The notes beneath the pieces are model-generated. The model was given only the letters and a program-made list of their open reading frames with translations. It was not told the origin of the DNA and ran no database searches. From assembly GCA_038527345.1 (NCBI GenBank), contig JBCBFX010000006.1, positions 640 to 64,639 on the forward strand: a stretch of 64,000 nt of DNA, given 5' to 3'. A program made the position numbers and the translations under genes. This document shows, piece by piece, positions 1-8,038 of the stretch (position 1 is the stretch's first letter; each line of letters begins with the position of its first letter). This DNA is from Pseudomonadota bacterium. Its GTDB lineage: Bacteria; Pseudomonadota; Alphaproteobacteria; Rhodobacterales; Rhodobacteraceae.

Positions 1-1
1 G

Positions 2-655
2 ACACAGTTCGAAAACGGGGTGCGCCGATCGGTTGAACAGTTGGACCTGACGGATACGGGCGGCCCGTCGGACGCCAGGTCCTGGGAACGGGTCGAAACC
101 TATTACGACACCGGCGGGCTGGTCGAGGCGAAGTTCCAGTTGGATGACAACGGTGTCGAAACGCTGACCCTGTATGAAAACGGAATCCGCGCGTCGGTCC
201 AACAGGTCGATCTGACCGAAACCGGCGGCCCGTCAGACGCCAAAGGGTGGGAGCGTATCGATACGTTCTACGATGCAAATGGCATGATCGCAGCGCGCAA
301 CCAAATCAATGATGACGGGAAAGTCATTGAAAGTATTTATGAAAACGGAAATCTGGCGATCAAGATCATTCAAGACACGGATGGCAATGGCAACAGCTCG
401 GACTTGCGCGACTGGGACCGGATCATCATCGAATATCTGGAAAACGGCGACGTGCAGTCCCGGGCGACGGAATATGACGATGGCGACGTGACCGCGTTCC
501 TGTTCGAAGAGGGGCAGCGCAGCTTCAAGTTCGAACTGGACGGGGATGACAGCGAAGACTGGGTTTCGCGCGAGACGGCCTATGATGTGGACGGGTCGGT
601 GCTGTCGGTCACGACCTACGATTTTGATATCTTCAACCAGACGCCAGGTTTCTGA
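2..655 (+). CDS. 3' part of a gene for a tandem-repeat secreted/surface-type protein; the 5' end lies outside the window
   Basis: The frame is open from the window edge. Codons TQFENG precede the listed ORF and echo the later LYENG motif. About 55-60 aa modules recur, for example DLTDTGGPSDARSWERVETYYDTGG and DLTETGGPSDAKGWERIDTFYDANG. The sequence is D/G/N/E-rich. Stop at 653-655. Confidence 0.6.
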   Translation, partial: TQFENGVRRSVEQLDLTDTGGPSDARSWERVETYYDTGGLVEAKFQLDDNGVETLTLYENGIRASVQQVDLTETGGPSDAKGWERIDTFYDANGMIAARNQINDDGKVIESIYENGNLAIKIIQDTDGNGNSSDLRDWDRIIIEYLENGDVQSRATEYDDGDVTAFLFEEGQRSFKFELDGDDSEDWVSRETAYDVDGSVLSVTTYDFDIFNQTPGF

Positions 656-686
656 ATTCGGTCAGACGCTTACAGGTCAAAGTTCC

Positions 687-1037
687 TCACAGGTTGGCAG
701 CGATGAACCACGCCGCCAACGCCGCTTCAATCCCGCCAAAGATCAGCACCTTGGTCACCGGGGGGTTGTCGAGGAACAGCGACACCACACGTCCCAGCGC
801 CGCACCCACAAAGGCAAACCCGATCATCCCGTAGCCCAGCGGATGGTTCAGGTACAGCGCCCCCAGGCCTGCGACGACGAACAATCCGCCCACCGATGCG
901 CGCATCTCGCTCAGCCCCATGGTGCTGTCCGTGGGGGCCAGATCAAGGGCCGATGCCGTATAGCGCGGGGCGAGAAATCCGAACAGGCCAAAGCCGATGG
1001 TCAGAAGCGTGGCAACCAGGTTGAGTGAATCGGTCAT
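687..1037 (-). CDS. small integral membrane protein (about 4 TM; DUF4345-like, tentative)
   Basis: 116-aa ORF with an ATG start at 1037. It is almost entirely hydrophobic and Gly/Ala-rich in helix-length segments. The antisense alternatives are Arg/Pro-rich junk. Confidence 0.6.
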   Translation of the reverse strand: MTDSLNLVATLLTIGFGLFGFLAPRYTASALDLAPTDSTMGLSEMRASVGGLFVVAGLGALYLNHPLGYGMIGFAFVGAALGRVVSLFLDNPPVTKVLIFGGIEAALAAWFIAANL

Positions 1038-1122
1038 GCAGGGTCAGGTAGCGTCGCAGAGGGGATTGGGCAAGGCTGACGCGCCGTGCTCTGTCGGACG
1101 GAATACAGCCAGGAGGGTACGA

Positions 1123-1956
1123 ATGGGCAAAGGTTGGGTTCTTTTGGTCGAGGCGTTGACCGAGGTCTGGCAAGGGCGGTGGGCGGCGCTGCGGATCGCG
1201 GCACTGCCAACGCTGGTCATCGGCGTGCTCGATCTGATCATTCAATACGATTATTGGCACGGGGATCCCGAAAGCCTGGGCATTCTGTGGGCAACAGCGG
1301 CCATGTTTTTCGTGATCCCTGTCATCGCGATCGGATGGCACAGATACGTGTTGCTGAATGAGGTGCCCCATGCCTTTGCGCCTCGGCTCAAGGTGGGTCG
1401 GACACTGCTCTATGGCGCAAATTACCTGATGATCGCGTTGCTGCTGACGCTCATCGCAATCCTTGTCTTCTTCGTGGTTTACGGTCTGACGATATCGATC
1501 TCGGGACCTGACTACCCGGGTTTTTCCGAAGTGTTTGAACGTGACCGCTATCCGGTTGGATACTTCGTGGCGTTGTTCTGCGCCACGGTTGTGTTTCTGA
1601 ATTTCTATTTCCGCTACGGCGCGACCCTCTTGCCATCCATCGCCGTGGATGATCGCGGCCAGATCCGGCGCCGGTCGTGGCGAGAAACGCGGGCACTGTC
1701 CGGCACGGTCTTTTGGCTGGCGCTTTGGGCTGCCGTGTTGCAATTTCCGCTGGTTGCCGGAGAGGATGCGTTGCGATCTCTCGGCATTCTGGGGGACCCC
1801 TCATATCTGTCCGACATGGTTGGGGTCCCGATCTATGCGGTGTTGTATGGGGCCGTTGCCATTTGCGGGGCAGCGGTGCTGAACCGTCTTTACCGGGCGG
1901 TGCAGGCGTCAGAGCGCCGTCCAGACTCCCAGCACACCCACCACGATCAGGCTTAG
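1123..1956 (+). CDS. multi-pass membrane protein, function unknown
   Basis: ATG at 1123 is preceded by AGGAGGG at 1111-1117. The longer 997 start overlaps the divergent gene. There are several hydrophobic helices (ALPTLVIGVLDLII, LMIALLLTLIAILVFFVVYGL, FVALFCATVVFLNFYF). Confidence 0.6.
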   Translation: MGKGWVLLVEALTEVWQGRWAALRIAALPTLVIGVLDLIIQYDYWHGDPESLGILWATAAMFFVIPVIAIGWHRYVLLNEVPHAFAPRLKVGRTLLYGANYLMIALLLTLIAILVFFVVYGLTISISGPDYPGFSEVFERDRYPVGYFVALFCATVVFLNFYFRYGATLLPSIAVDDRGQIRRRSWRETRALSGTVFWLALWAAVLQFPLVAGEDALRSLGILGDPSYLSDMVGVPIYAVLYGAVAICGAAVLNRLYRAVQASERRPDSQHTHHDQA

Positions 1957-2562
1957 CGCCCAGACCAGTTCCAGGTCGAACCAGCCCTTGCGCAGGAATT
2001 CCATTCCCAGCCAGCGGTGCACCGCATAGGCGACGGCCCCACCCGAGCCGATCATGGCCACCGTGTGGACCACCGCCACGCCAAGCGCCAGCAACGTGGT
2101 CGCCATCAGGGCCGACGCCGCGCGGTGGCCGGTGTCCAACTCGTCAATCGCGCAAAGGCCCAGATAGATCGGCACCAGCATCAGGGCCGCCCCGTGGGCC
2201 AGCGCCACAAGGAACGACCACAGTGCCAGCCGGTGTGGCGGGATGCGGGCCAGAAAACGGGGGTGTTTGCGGGTAATGGCCAGGTACAGGCCCATGGCGA
2301 TGACGATGAACCCGGCACCCAGCCGTATCTCGCGCTGCCAGTCGATCAGCATGGTCATCAGGGAAAAGGGCAGCAGGATGCCCAGCATCGCCGCGAAATG
2401 GCCCACGGACAGCGCCCCCAGCGCAGGCCACAAGGCCGACCGCCGCCGTTCGAACAGCGCGGCGGACACGGCCAGCGGCCAGCCCATGCCGGGGTTCACC
2501 CCGTGATAAAGGCCAGAGAGTACAACGGCGAGCCAGAGGCCCGCCGCCGTTGTCAATTCCAT
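1909..2562 (-). CDS. six-TM His-containing membrane protein co-transcribed downstream of the methanethiol oxidase gene (possible metal handling, speculative)
   Basis: 217-aa ORF. Its ATG at 2562 lies only 6 nt after the TAG (2569-2571) of the upstream SBP56 gene. It is strongly hydrophobic with conserved-looking His residues (LYHGVNPGMGW, ALAHGAALM, VVHTVAM). Confidence 0.7.
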   Translation of the reverse strand: MELTTAAGLWLAVVLSGLYHGVNPGMGWPLAVSAALFERRRSALWPALGALSVGHFAAMLGILLPFSLMTMLIDWQREIRLGAGFIVIAMGLYLAITRKHPRFLARIPPHRLALWSFLVALAHGAALMLVPIYLGLCAIDELDTGHRAASALMATTLLALGVAVVHTVAMIGSGGAVAYAVHRWLGMEFLRKGWFDLELVWALSLIVVGVLGVWTAL

Positions 2563-2568
2563 TCCTGT

Positions 2569-3969
2569 CTAGACCGACGGATAGCAGAAACTGTCGGTGG
2601 AACAGTCCCCGCCCTCAAGCCGGATCTGGTGGCTGCGATAGCCTTCGGGGAACTTGGTCCAGAACTTTTCGTCCAGCGTCAGGCCACCGTTTTCGCCCAC
2701 ATGGGCCATGACCATCGCCGCCCCGCGATCACCGGGATAGAACTGGTCGTCCCACGTGGAATACAGCGAGTTGGTCCAGTAGACCCGTTTGCCGTCGCGG
2801 CTGATCTCGACCATCTGCGGGCCATAGCCGAATTCCTGCCCGTTGGGGTGCTTGTGCTTGGCCACGATGCCGCCGATTTCGACCTTGCCCGCAAGGGTCG
2901 GGTTCATCGGGTCGGACACGTCGTACTGGTGCATCTCGCCCAGGCCCCAGCAGGCGACGTACAGGTACTTGTCATCCAGGCTCAGGTCGATGTCGGTGAC
3001 CAGCGGCGGCACAGCGCCAAAGCCCTTCAGCAACTCGGGCAGGTCGTCGGCATCTGCGGGCACCGGGTCGATGGTGATGGTCTTTTTCGCCTCGAACGTG
3101 CCGTCGTCGTTCTGCCACCATGTAAAGATGGCGCCTTGCAGGTTGGTGGTATCCACCACCACGCCGCAGAACCCGTGTTGTTTGGCGGGATCGTGTGCGG
3201 GGCGGATTTCCAGCGCCATCTGGTGGTTTGCGCCCAGATCGATGCTTTGCACGTTCTTGCGGCCCCGCAGGTCCCAGAAGTGGATCGTGTGACCGTACTT
3301 GTTGCTCAGCAGATCCTCGGGGACCACACCGTTTTCGAATTGCGGCGGCAGCCCCCATTCGGACGACACCATGTAGTCACGCGGCAGGTTCCACCAGAAA
3401 TCATAGTGTTTGTCCTGAATGCCACGGTCCATCTCGTAGCGGCCGAGGATCTCGAACGACTCGCAATCCATGATGAAGATGCCCGGAGGGCCGTCGGTGC
3501 CGTCCTCGCCACCGCCGCCCAGAGTCGACACATAGATGCCTTCGGGGCCGCAATGGATCGTGTGGGGGCGGGAATAACCGGTCTTTTCAAACAGCTCTTC
3601 GGGTTCGATCGTCTTGTGAATCTTCAGGTCCATCGGGTCCTTGACGTCAATCACATAGATACGCGACGACCGGATGCCGGGAATGATCAGGTAGCGCCGT
3701 TCCAGGAACGCGTGGCCGGTCAGCGGCGACAGGGCCGAGGAACAGGCGTTCCAGCCGAAATGGTGGAATTCGTCGCCCAGGTTCGGCACGAACAGCGAAT
3801 TGATGATCTGGCCATAGGTGTCGCTGTCGGGGTTCACGTCCACGACGGCCAGGCCATCCGGCTTGCTGCCATCGGGGCTGAGCATGAGGGTAAAGGCCAC
3901 CGTTTCCGCGGGGGCCTCCATCGCGGATTTTGGCGATGGATAGAATGTTGGGTCCGGTCTTAAATTCAT
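2569..3969 (-). CDS. mtoX: selenium-binding protein (SBP56) family protein / methanethiol oxidase
   Basis: 466 aa. The N-terminus DPTFYPSPKSAMEAPAETVAF and motifs EFHHFGWNACSS, RIYVIDVKDP, HTIHCGPEGIYVS and FWWNLPRDYMVSSEWG are characteristic of SBP56. RBS GGGAGGA lies upstream of the ATG at 3969. Confidence 0.88.
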   Translation of the reverse strand: MNLRPDPTFYPSPKSAMEAPAETVAFTLMLSPDGSKPDGLAVVDVNPDSDTYGQIINSLFVPNLGDEFHHFGWNACSSALSPLTGHAFLERRYLIIPGIRSSRIYVIDVKDPMDLKIHKTIEPEELFEKTGYSRPHTIHCGPEGIYVSTLGGGGEDGTDGPPGIFIMDCESFEILGRYEMDRGIQDKHYDFWWNLPRDYMVSSEWGLPPQFENGVVPEDLLSNKYGHTIHFWDLRGRKNVQSIDLGANHQMALEIRPAHDPAKQHGFCGVVVDTTNLQGAIFTWWQNDDGTFEAKKTITIDPVPADADDLPELLKGFGAVPPLVTDIDLSLDDKYLYVACWGLGEMHQYDVSDPMNPTLAGKVEIGGIVAKHKHPNGQEFGYGPQMVEISRDGKRVYWTNSLYSTWDDQFYPGDRGAAMVMAHVGENGGLTLDEKFWTKFPEGYRSHQIRLEGGDCSTDSFCYPSV

Positions 3970-4026
3970 GACGTCCTCCCTGACGTGGTCTGAAAATGGC
4001 CTGCCCGGCGTGTTGTTGTGCCCGGT

Positions 4027-4776
4027 TCAGGCGGATTGCTGCTCCTGTTTTTTGGCGGCGCGGGCGCTGACGACAGTATGGGCCAGCTCGCGCGTGTAGG
4101 CTTCGAGTTTCAACAGGGTCGCTTCGGTTTTGGCACTATCCTGCGCCTCGACGGCGTCCGCGATGTCGGTGTGCAGGTCCACGATGGTTTCGCGGGACCG
4201 CGCGGTGAAGGTGATCATGTTCATCAGGGGCTGCATCGCCTCGACGGCACCGGCCAGTTGATAGGACAGCACCTTGTTGCCGGCCCCATCGACCAGCGCA
4301 CGGTGAAAGGTGACGTCGGAGGCGCAGAATGCCTCGTCCGTGAGGCCCGGCTGGCCCTGGCGGTGAATTTCGGCCCGCATGGTGGCCAGATGATCGGGGG
4401 TGCGCCGTTGCGCAGACAGCGGCGCGCAGGCCCGTTCCAGCGCATAGCGCGCCTCGCAGGCGACATCGAAGCTGACGGCGTTCATGCTCAGCAGCAGGGA
4501 CGAGGTGGTGACCTGCTGGTCATAGGCTTCTTCGAAGCGCAAACGGTTCACGAACGCCCCGCCCGAAGCCCCGCGCTGGGTGCGAATCAGCGACTGCGCC
4601 GCCAGACGTTTCAGCGCCTCGCGCACGGTCGGGCGCGAAACCTCGAATTGGTCGGCAAGTTCACTTTCCGATGGAAGTCTTTGATCTACAATCAAATCAC
4701 CGGCGACAATGCCGTCACGGATGGCTTCGGCAATCTGCGCCGACAGGTCCTTGGTGCTGTCCGGGTCAATTTTCAT
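4027..4776 (-). CDS. GntR family (FadR/FCD subfamily) transcriptional regulator
   Basis: 249 aa. The N-terminal winged-helix signature is LPSESELADQFEVSRPTVREALKRLAAQSLI, followed by an all-helical C-terminal FCD-like domain. Confidence 0.9.
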   Translation of the reverse strand: MKIDPDSTKDLSAQIAEAIRDGIVAGDLIVDQRLPSESELADQFEVSRPTVREALKRLAAQSLIRTQRGASGGAFVNRLRFEEAYDQQVTTSSLLLSMNAVSFDVACEARYALERACAPLSAQRRTPDHLATMRAEIHRQGQPGLTDEAFCASDVTFHRALVDGAGNKVLSYQLAGAVEAMQPLMNMITFTARSRETIVDLHTDIADAVEAQDSAKTEATLLKLEAYTRELAHTVVSARAAKKQEQQSA

Positions 4777-4802
4777 TTGTCTTACATTTTAATGTCTGAC
4801 AA
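4777..4802. promoter_or_regulatory. imperfect inverted repeat, candidate GntR-type operator in a divergent promoter region
   Basis: TTGTCTTACAT-ttta-ATGTCTGACAA. 9 of 11 positions are symmetric and the half-sites have a GT..AC core. It sits immediately upstream of the regulator start and 34 nt before the DUF2182 gene start. Confidence 0.45.
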
Positions 4803-4835
4803 TTAATCCGGCAACACTCGAGTCAGGGAGGGCTC

Positions 4836-5621
4836 ATGCCGCACGTTGTACGCAGCACGCTTTGGCTGGGCTTTTTCGCCCTGATCCTGTGGGCATGGTG
4901 GGTGATGTATTCCATGAGCGTCGACATGGACGTCAATCTGCTGGGCATGCCGGGCGAGATGGGCGCGCGCATGGCGGCGATGGACCCGCGGATGCCGATG
5001 GACATGCCGATGGCGCGGTTCGGGCCGCTGTTTTCGATGTGGGCCATCATGATGGCGGCGATGATGCTGCCGACGCTGGTGCCGACATTGCGCGCCTACG
5101 AGGACCTGATGGTCAGCGCCAATGGCACCCGGGCCGGGTGGCTGGGCGTGCTGGCGGGGTATTTCATCGTCTGGGTGTTGTTTGCAGCGCTTATCGCGGG
5201 CGTGCAGATTGCGCTGCTTTATGGCGGTGTGATCGACATGCTGGGGATATCCAAGACCTGGACATTCTCGGGCATCCTGCTGATCGCGGTAGGTCTTTTT
5301 CAATTCAGCCGTGCCAAGGAAGTGTGCCACGGGGTCTGTCACAGCCCGATGATGTATTTCCTGGGCCACTGGCGCACGGGATTTTCCGGTGGCCTGCGCA
5401 TGGGTCTTGGGCTGGGGGCATTTTGCGTGGGCTGCTGCTGGGGGTTCATGGCGCTTGGCTTTGTCGGCGGGGTGATGAACCTTGCGTGGATGGGGCTGGC
5501 GACGCTGTTCATGGTGCTCGAAAAACTGCCGCAGATCGGGCATCGTGTGACGAAACCAATGGGGATCCTTCTGGTGCTGGCGGGTGTCGCCGTGCTGGGC
5601 TGGCCCTATGCGATAGGATAG
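4836..5621 (+). CDS. DUF2182 family metal-binding integral membrane protein
   Basis: 261 aa with RBS AGGGAGGG before the ATG at 4836. A Met-rich N-region (MPGEMGARMAAMDPRMPMDMPM) is followed by hydrophobic helices and a CHGVCHSP motif. It is followed by its usual partner DUF1326. Confidence 0.8.
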   Translation: MPHVVRSTLWLGFFALILWAWWVMYSMSVDMDVNLLGMPGEMGARMAAMDPRMPMDMPMARFGPLFSMWAIMMAAMMLPTLVPTLRAYEDLMVSANGTRAGWLGVLAGYFIVWVLFAALIAGVQIALLYGGVIDMLGISKTWTFSGILLIAVGLFQFSRAKEVCHGVCHSPMMYFLGHWRTGFSGGLRMGLGLGAFCVGCCWGFMALGFVGGVMNLAWMGLATLFMVLEKLPQIGHRVTKPMGILLVLAGVAVLGWPYAIG

Positions 5622-5630
5622 GAGAGTGAG

Positions 5631-6338
5631 ATGGCCGTGAAGAAACGCCCCAACGCCGATAAGCTGCCCGTCAGCCAGCGCATCGACAGCCGGATGCCGA
5701 ACCCCGGCCGCCGCCAGATGAACCCGACGGAATGGGCGATCAAGGGCGAGTTGTTCATGAACTGCTCTTGCGAAGTGGTTTGTCCCTGCGGGATTTCTCT
5801 GGGCAAGCACCCGCCGACCTATGGCTATTGCCAGACGTGGTTCGCGATGCAAATCGACGACGGACATTTCGAAGGTGAAAGCCTCGCCGGTTTGAACGTC
5901 GCCTTGTTGATCGATATTCCAGGCCGCATGTGCGAGGGAAACTGGAAGGTGGCTGCCTATGTCGACGAACAGGCGAATGACAAAGCCTATAACGGTCTGT
6001 TGAAAATCCTTTCCGGACAGGCAGGTGGCAGCACCGGCGTATTCAACTTTCTTGTGTCCGAAATCCTGGGCGCCGAGCGGGAAAAGGTAGTCATCGAAAA
6101 AGACGGCCGCCGTCGTCGCATCATTGTCGGGCGCAAGATTCAGGGCGAGATCGAAATGATCCCGGGCAAGAACCCTGACGTCCCAGTTTCGATGCAAAAT
6201 ACCCAGTATTGGATGGGACCGGTGATCTATCCGGCCGTGGGCCTGAAGTCCAAAGTGCGTGACTACGGTCGGGTCTGGGATTTCGAAGGCAAGTCCGGCG
6301 ACATCATCCCGGTCGACTGGAAAGGCCCCAAACCGTGA
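5631..6338 (+). CDS. DUF1326 family Cys-rich protein
   Basis: 235-aa ORF with the hallmark WAIKGELFMNCSCEVVCPCG. RBS AGGAGAG precedes the ATG at 5631. An alternative start at 5718 (MNPTEW) would give the more usual length. Confidence 0.8.
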   Translation: MAVKKRPNADKLPVSQRIDSRMPNPGRRQMNPTEWAIKGELFMNCSCEVVCPCGISLGKHPPTYGYCQTWFAMQIDDGHFEGESLAGLNVALLIDIPGRMCEGNWKVAAYVDEQANDKAYNGLLKILSGQAGGSTGVFNFLVSEILGAEREKVVIEKDGRRRRIIVGRKIQGEIEMIPGKNPDVPVSMQNTQYWMGPVIYPAVGLKSKVRDYGRVWDFEGKSGDIIPVDWKGPKP

Positions 6339-6844
6339 TCGAACCGGGCTATGTGCGGACCATGGCCCGCTACAACGCGTGGCAGAACCGGCAGCTGACC
6401 GAAACGCTGGACGGCGTTTCGGATGACGTGCTGCGGGCCGATCACGGCGCGTTCTTCGGGTCGATCATGGCCACACTGAACCACCTGCTTTGGGGCGACC
6501 AGATCTGGATGAGCCGTTTCGACGCGCGGATCGAGCGCCCCGCGGGCGGTGTGCCGCAAAGCGTCGACCTGACGCCCACCTTTGCCGTCTGGAGTGCGGA
6601 CCGCTTCCGCATGGACGGGGCGATCCGGATGTGGGCCGACACGCTGCGCGCCGTAGATCTGAAGGGGCAGTTGTCGTTCTTTTCCGGGGTGTTGCAGCGC
6701 GACGTTCAGGCCCCGCTGGAGGTGTGCGTGATGCATTTCCTGAACCACCAGACCCATCACCGGGGTCAGGTCCATGCCATGATGACCGCCGCGGGCCTGT
6801 CCGCACCGGTCAGCGATCTCTTTCTCATGCCGGAGGATGCCTGA
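6335..6844 (+). CDS. DinB family protein
   Basis: 169 aa. The pattern YNAWQNRQL...ATLNHLLWGDQIW...FLNHQTHHRGQVHAMM fits the His-triad four-helix DinB/YfiT fold. There is a GTGA overlap with the upstream stop. ATG at 6362 is an alternative start. Confidence 0.75.
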   Translation: MIEPGYVRTMARYNAWQNRQLTETLDGVSDDVLRADHGAFFGSIMATLNHLLWGDQIWMSRFDARIERPAGGVPQSVDLTPTFAVWSADRFRMDGAIRMWADTLRAVDLKGQLSFFSGVLQRDVQAPLEVCVMHFLNHQTHHRGQVHAMMTAAGLSAPVSDLFLMPEDA

Positions 6845-7947
6845 TGGCGTTCATATCCCCTTCGCGGCGGCTGCGCCGCACCCCGTTTTCCGAAGGTGTC
6901 GAGGCGGCGGGCGTCAAGGCCTATACCGTCTACAACCACATGCTGCTGCCGACCGTGTTCGAAAGTGTCGAGGCGGATTACCGTCATCTGAAAGAGCATG
7001 TGCAGATCTGGGATGTGGCCGTCGAACGCCAGGTCGAACTGCGCGGCCCCGATGCGGGCCGCCTGATGCAGATGCTGACGCCCCGCGATTTGCGCCGGAT
7101 GCTTCCGGGGCAGTGCTATTACGTGCCCATCGTGGACGAAACCGGCGGCATGCTGAACGACCCGGTCGCGGTAAAGCTGAGCGAGGACCGCTGGTGGATT
7201 TCGATCGCCGACAGTGATCTGCTGTACTGGGTCAAGGGCATCGCCAATGGCTACCGGCTGGATGTGCTGGTCGACGAACCCGACGTATCGCCGCTGGCGG
7301 TACAGGGTCCCAAGGCCGAGGACCTGATGGTCCGCGTGTTCGGCGACCGTATCCGCGACATCCGCTTTTTCCGCTTTGACATGTTCCAGTACGAGGGCCG
7401 CGACCTTGCCATCGCCCGGTCGGGCTATTCCAAGCAGGGCGGGTTCGAGATCTACGTCAACGGTGCCGATATCGGGATGCCGCTTTGGAACGAGTTGTTC
7501 GAGGCGGGCGAAGATCTGAACGTGCGCGCGGGCTGTCCCAACGGGATCGAGCGGGTCGAGGGTGGGTTGCTGAGCTATGGCAACGATATGACCGACGACA
7601 ACACGCCCCACGAATGCGGGCTGGGCCGGTTCTGCGACACCCAGACCGCAATCGGCTGTATCGGCCGCGATGCGTTGTTGCGCGTGTCCAAGGAAGGCCC
7701 CGTGCAGCAGATCCGCCCGATTGCCATTCACGGCGATCCGGTGCCGACCTGCGACCGTTTCTGGCCGTTGATGGCCGGGGACAAGCGTGTGGGCCGCATC
7801 AGTTCGGCCGCGTGGAGCCCGGATTTCAACACCAACGTCTCTATCGGTATGGTGAAGATGACCCATTGGGACCCCGGCACCGAACTGGAGGTGGAGACCC
7901 CCGACGGCACCCGTCGCGCAACGGTGCAGGACAAGTTCTGGATCTGA
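6844..7947 (+). CDS. dmdA: DMSP demethylase (GcvT-family aminomethyltransferase)
   Basis: 367 aa from ATG 6844, which overlaps the DinB stop. The N-terminus MAFISPSRRLRRTPFSEGVEAAGVKAYTVYNHMLLPTVFESVEADYRHLKEHVQIWDV matches my recollection of roseobacter DmdA. It has GcvT-fold length and is followed by acuI, as in Ruegeria pomeroyi. Confidence 0.82.
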   Translation: MAFISPSRRLRRTPFSEGVEAAGVKAYTVYNHMLLPTVFESVEADYRHLKEHVQIWDVAVERQVELRGPDAGRLMQMLTPRDLRRMLPGQCYYVPIVDETGGMLNDPVAVKLSEDRWWISIADSDLLYWVKGIANGYRLDVLVDEPDVSPLAVQGPKAEDLMVRVFGDRIRDIRFFRFDMFQYEGRDLAIARSGYSKQGGFEIYVNGADIGMPLWNELFEAGEDLNVRAGCPNGIERVEGGLLSYGNDMTDDNTPHECGLGRFCDTQTAIGCIGRDALLRVSKEGPVQQIRPIAIHGDPVPTCDRFWPLMAGDKRVGRISSAAWSPDFNTNVSIGMVKMTHWDPGTELEVETPDGTRRATVQDKFWI

Positions 7948-8038
7948 GACCGGAGGACCGGGGGCCAGCCCCCGGACCCCCGGAGTTTATTTGGCAAGAT
8001 GAAGCAGGGGATCGGCCCTGCCAACAGGGAGAAACGAG

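Noticed and set aside
2017-3963. 648-aa plus-strand ORF
   Set aside because: It is exactly antisense to the SBP56/mtoX gene. The translation is Arg/Gly/His/Pro/Gln-rich low-complexity sequence with no motifs. This is a typical high-GC shadow ORF.
4803-6197. 464-aa minus-strand ORF
   Set aside because: It is antisense to the DUF2182 and DUF1326 genes. The product is His/Arg/Pro/Gln-rich junk.
6490-6843. N-terminal 118-codon extension of the dmdA ORF
   Set aside because: It overlaps the DinB-family gene in another frame and is Arg/Pro/Gly-rich. ATG at 6844 gives the canonical DmdA N-terminus and length.
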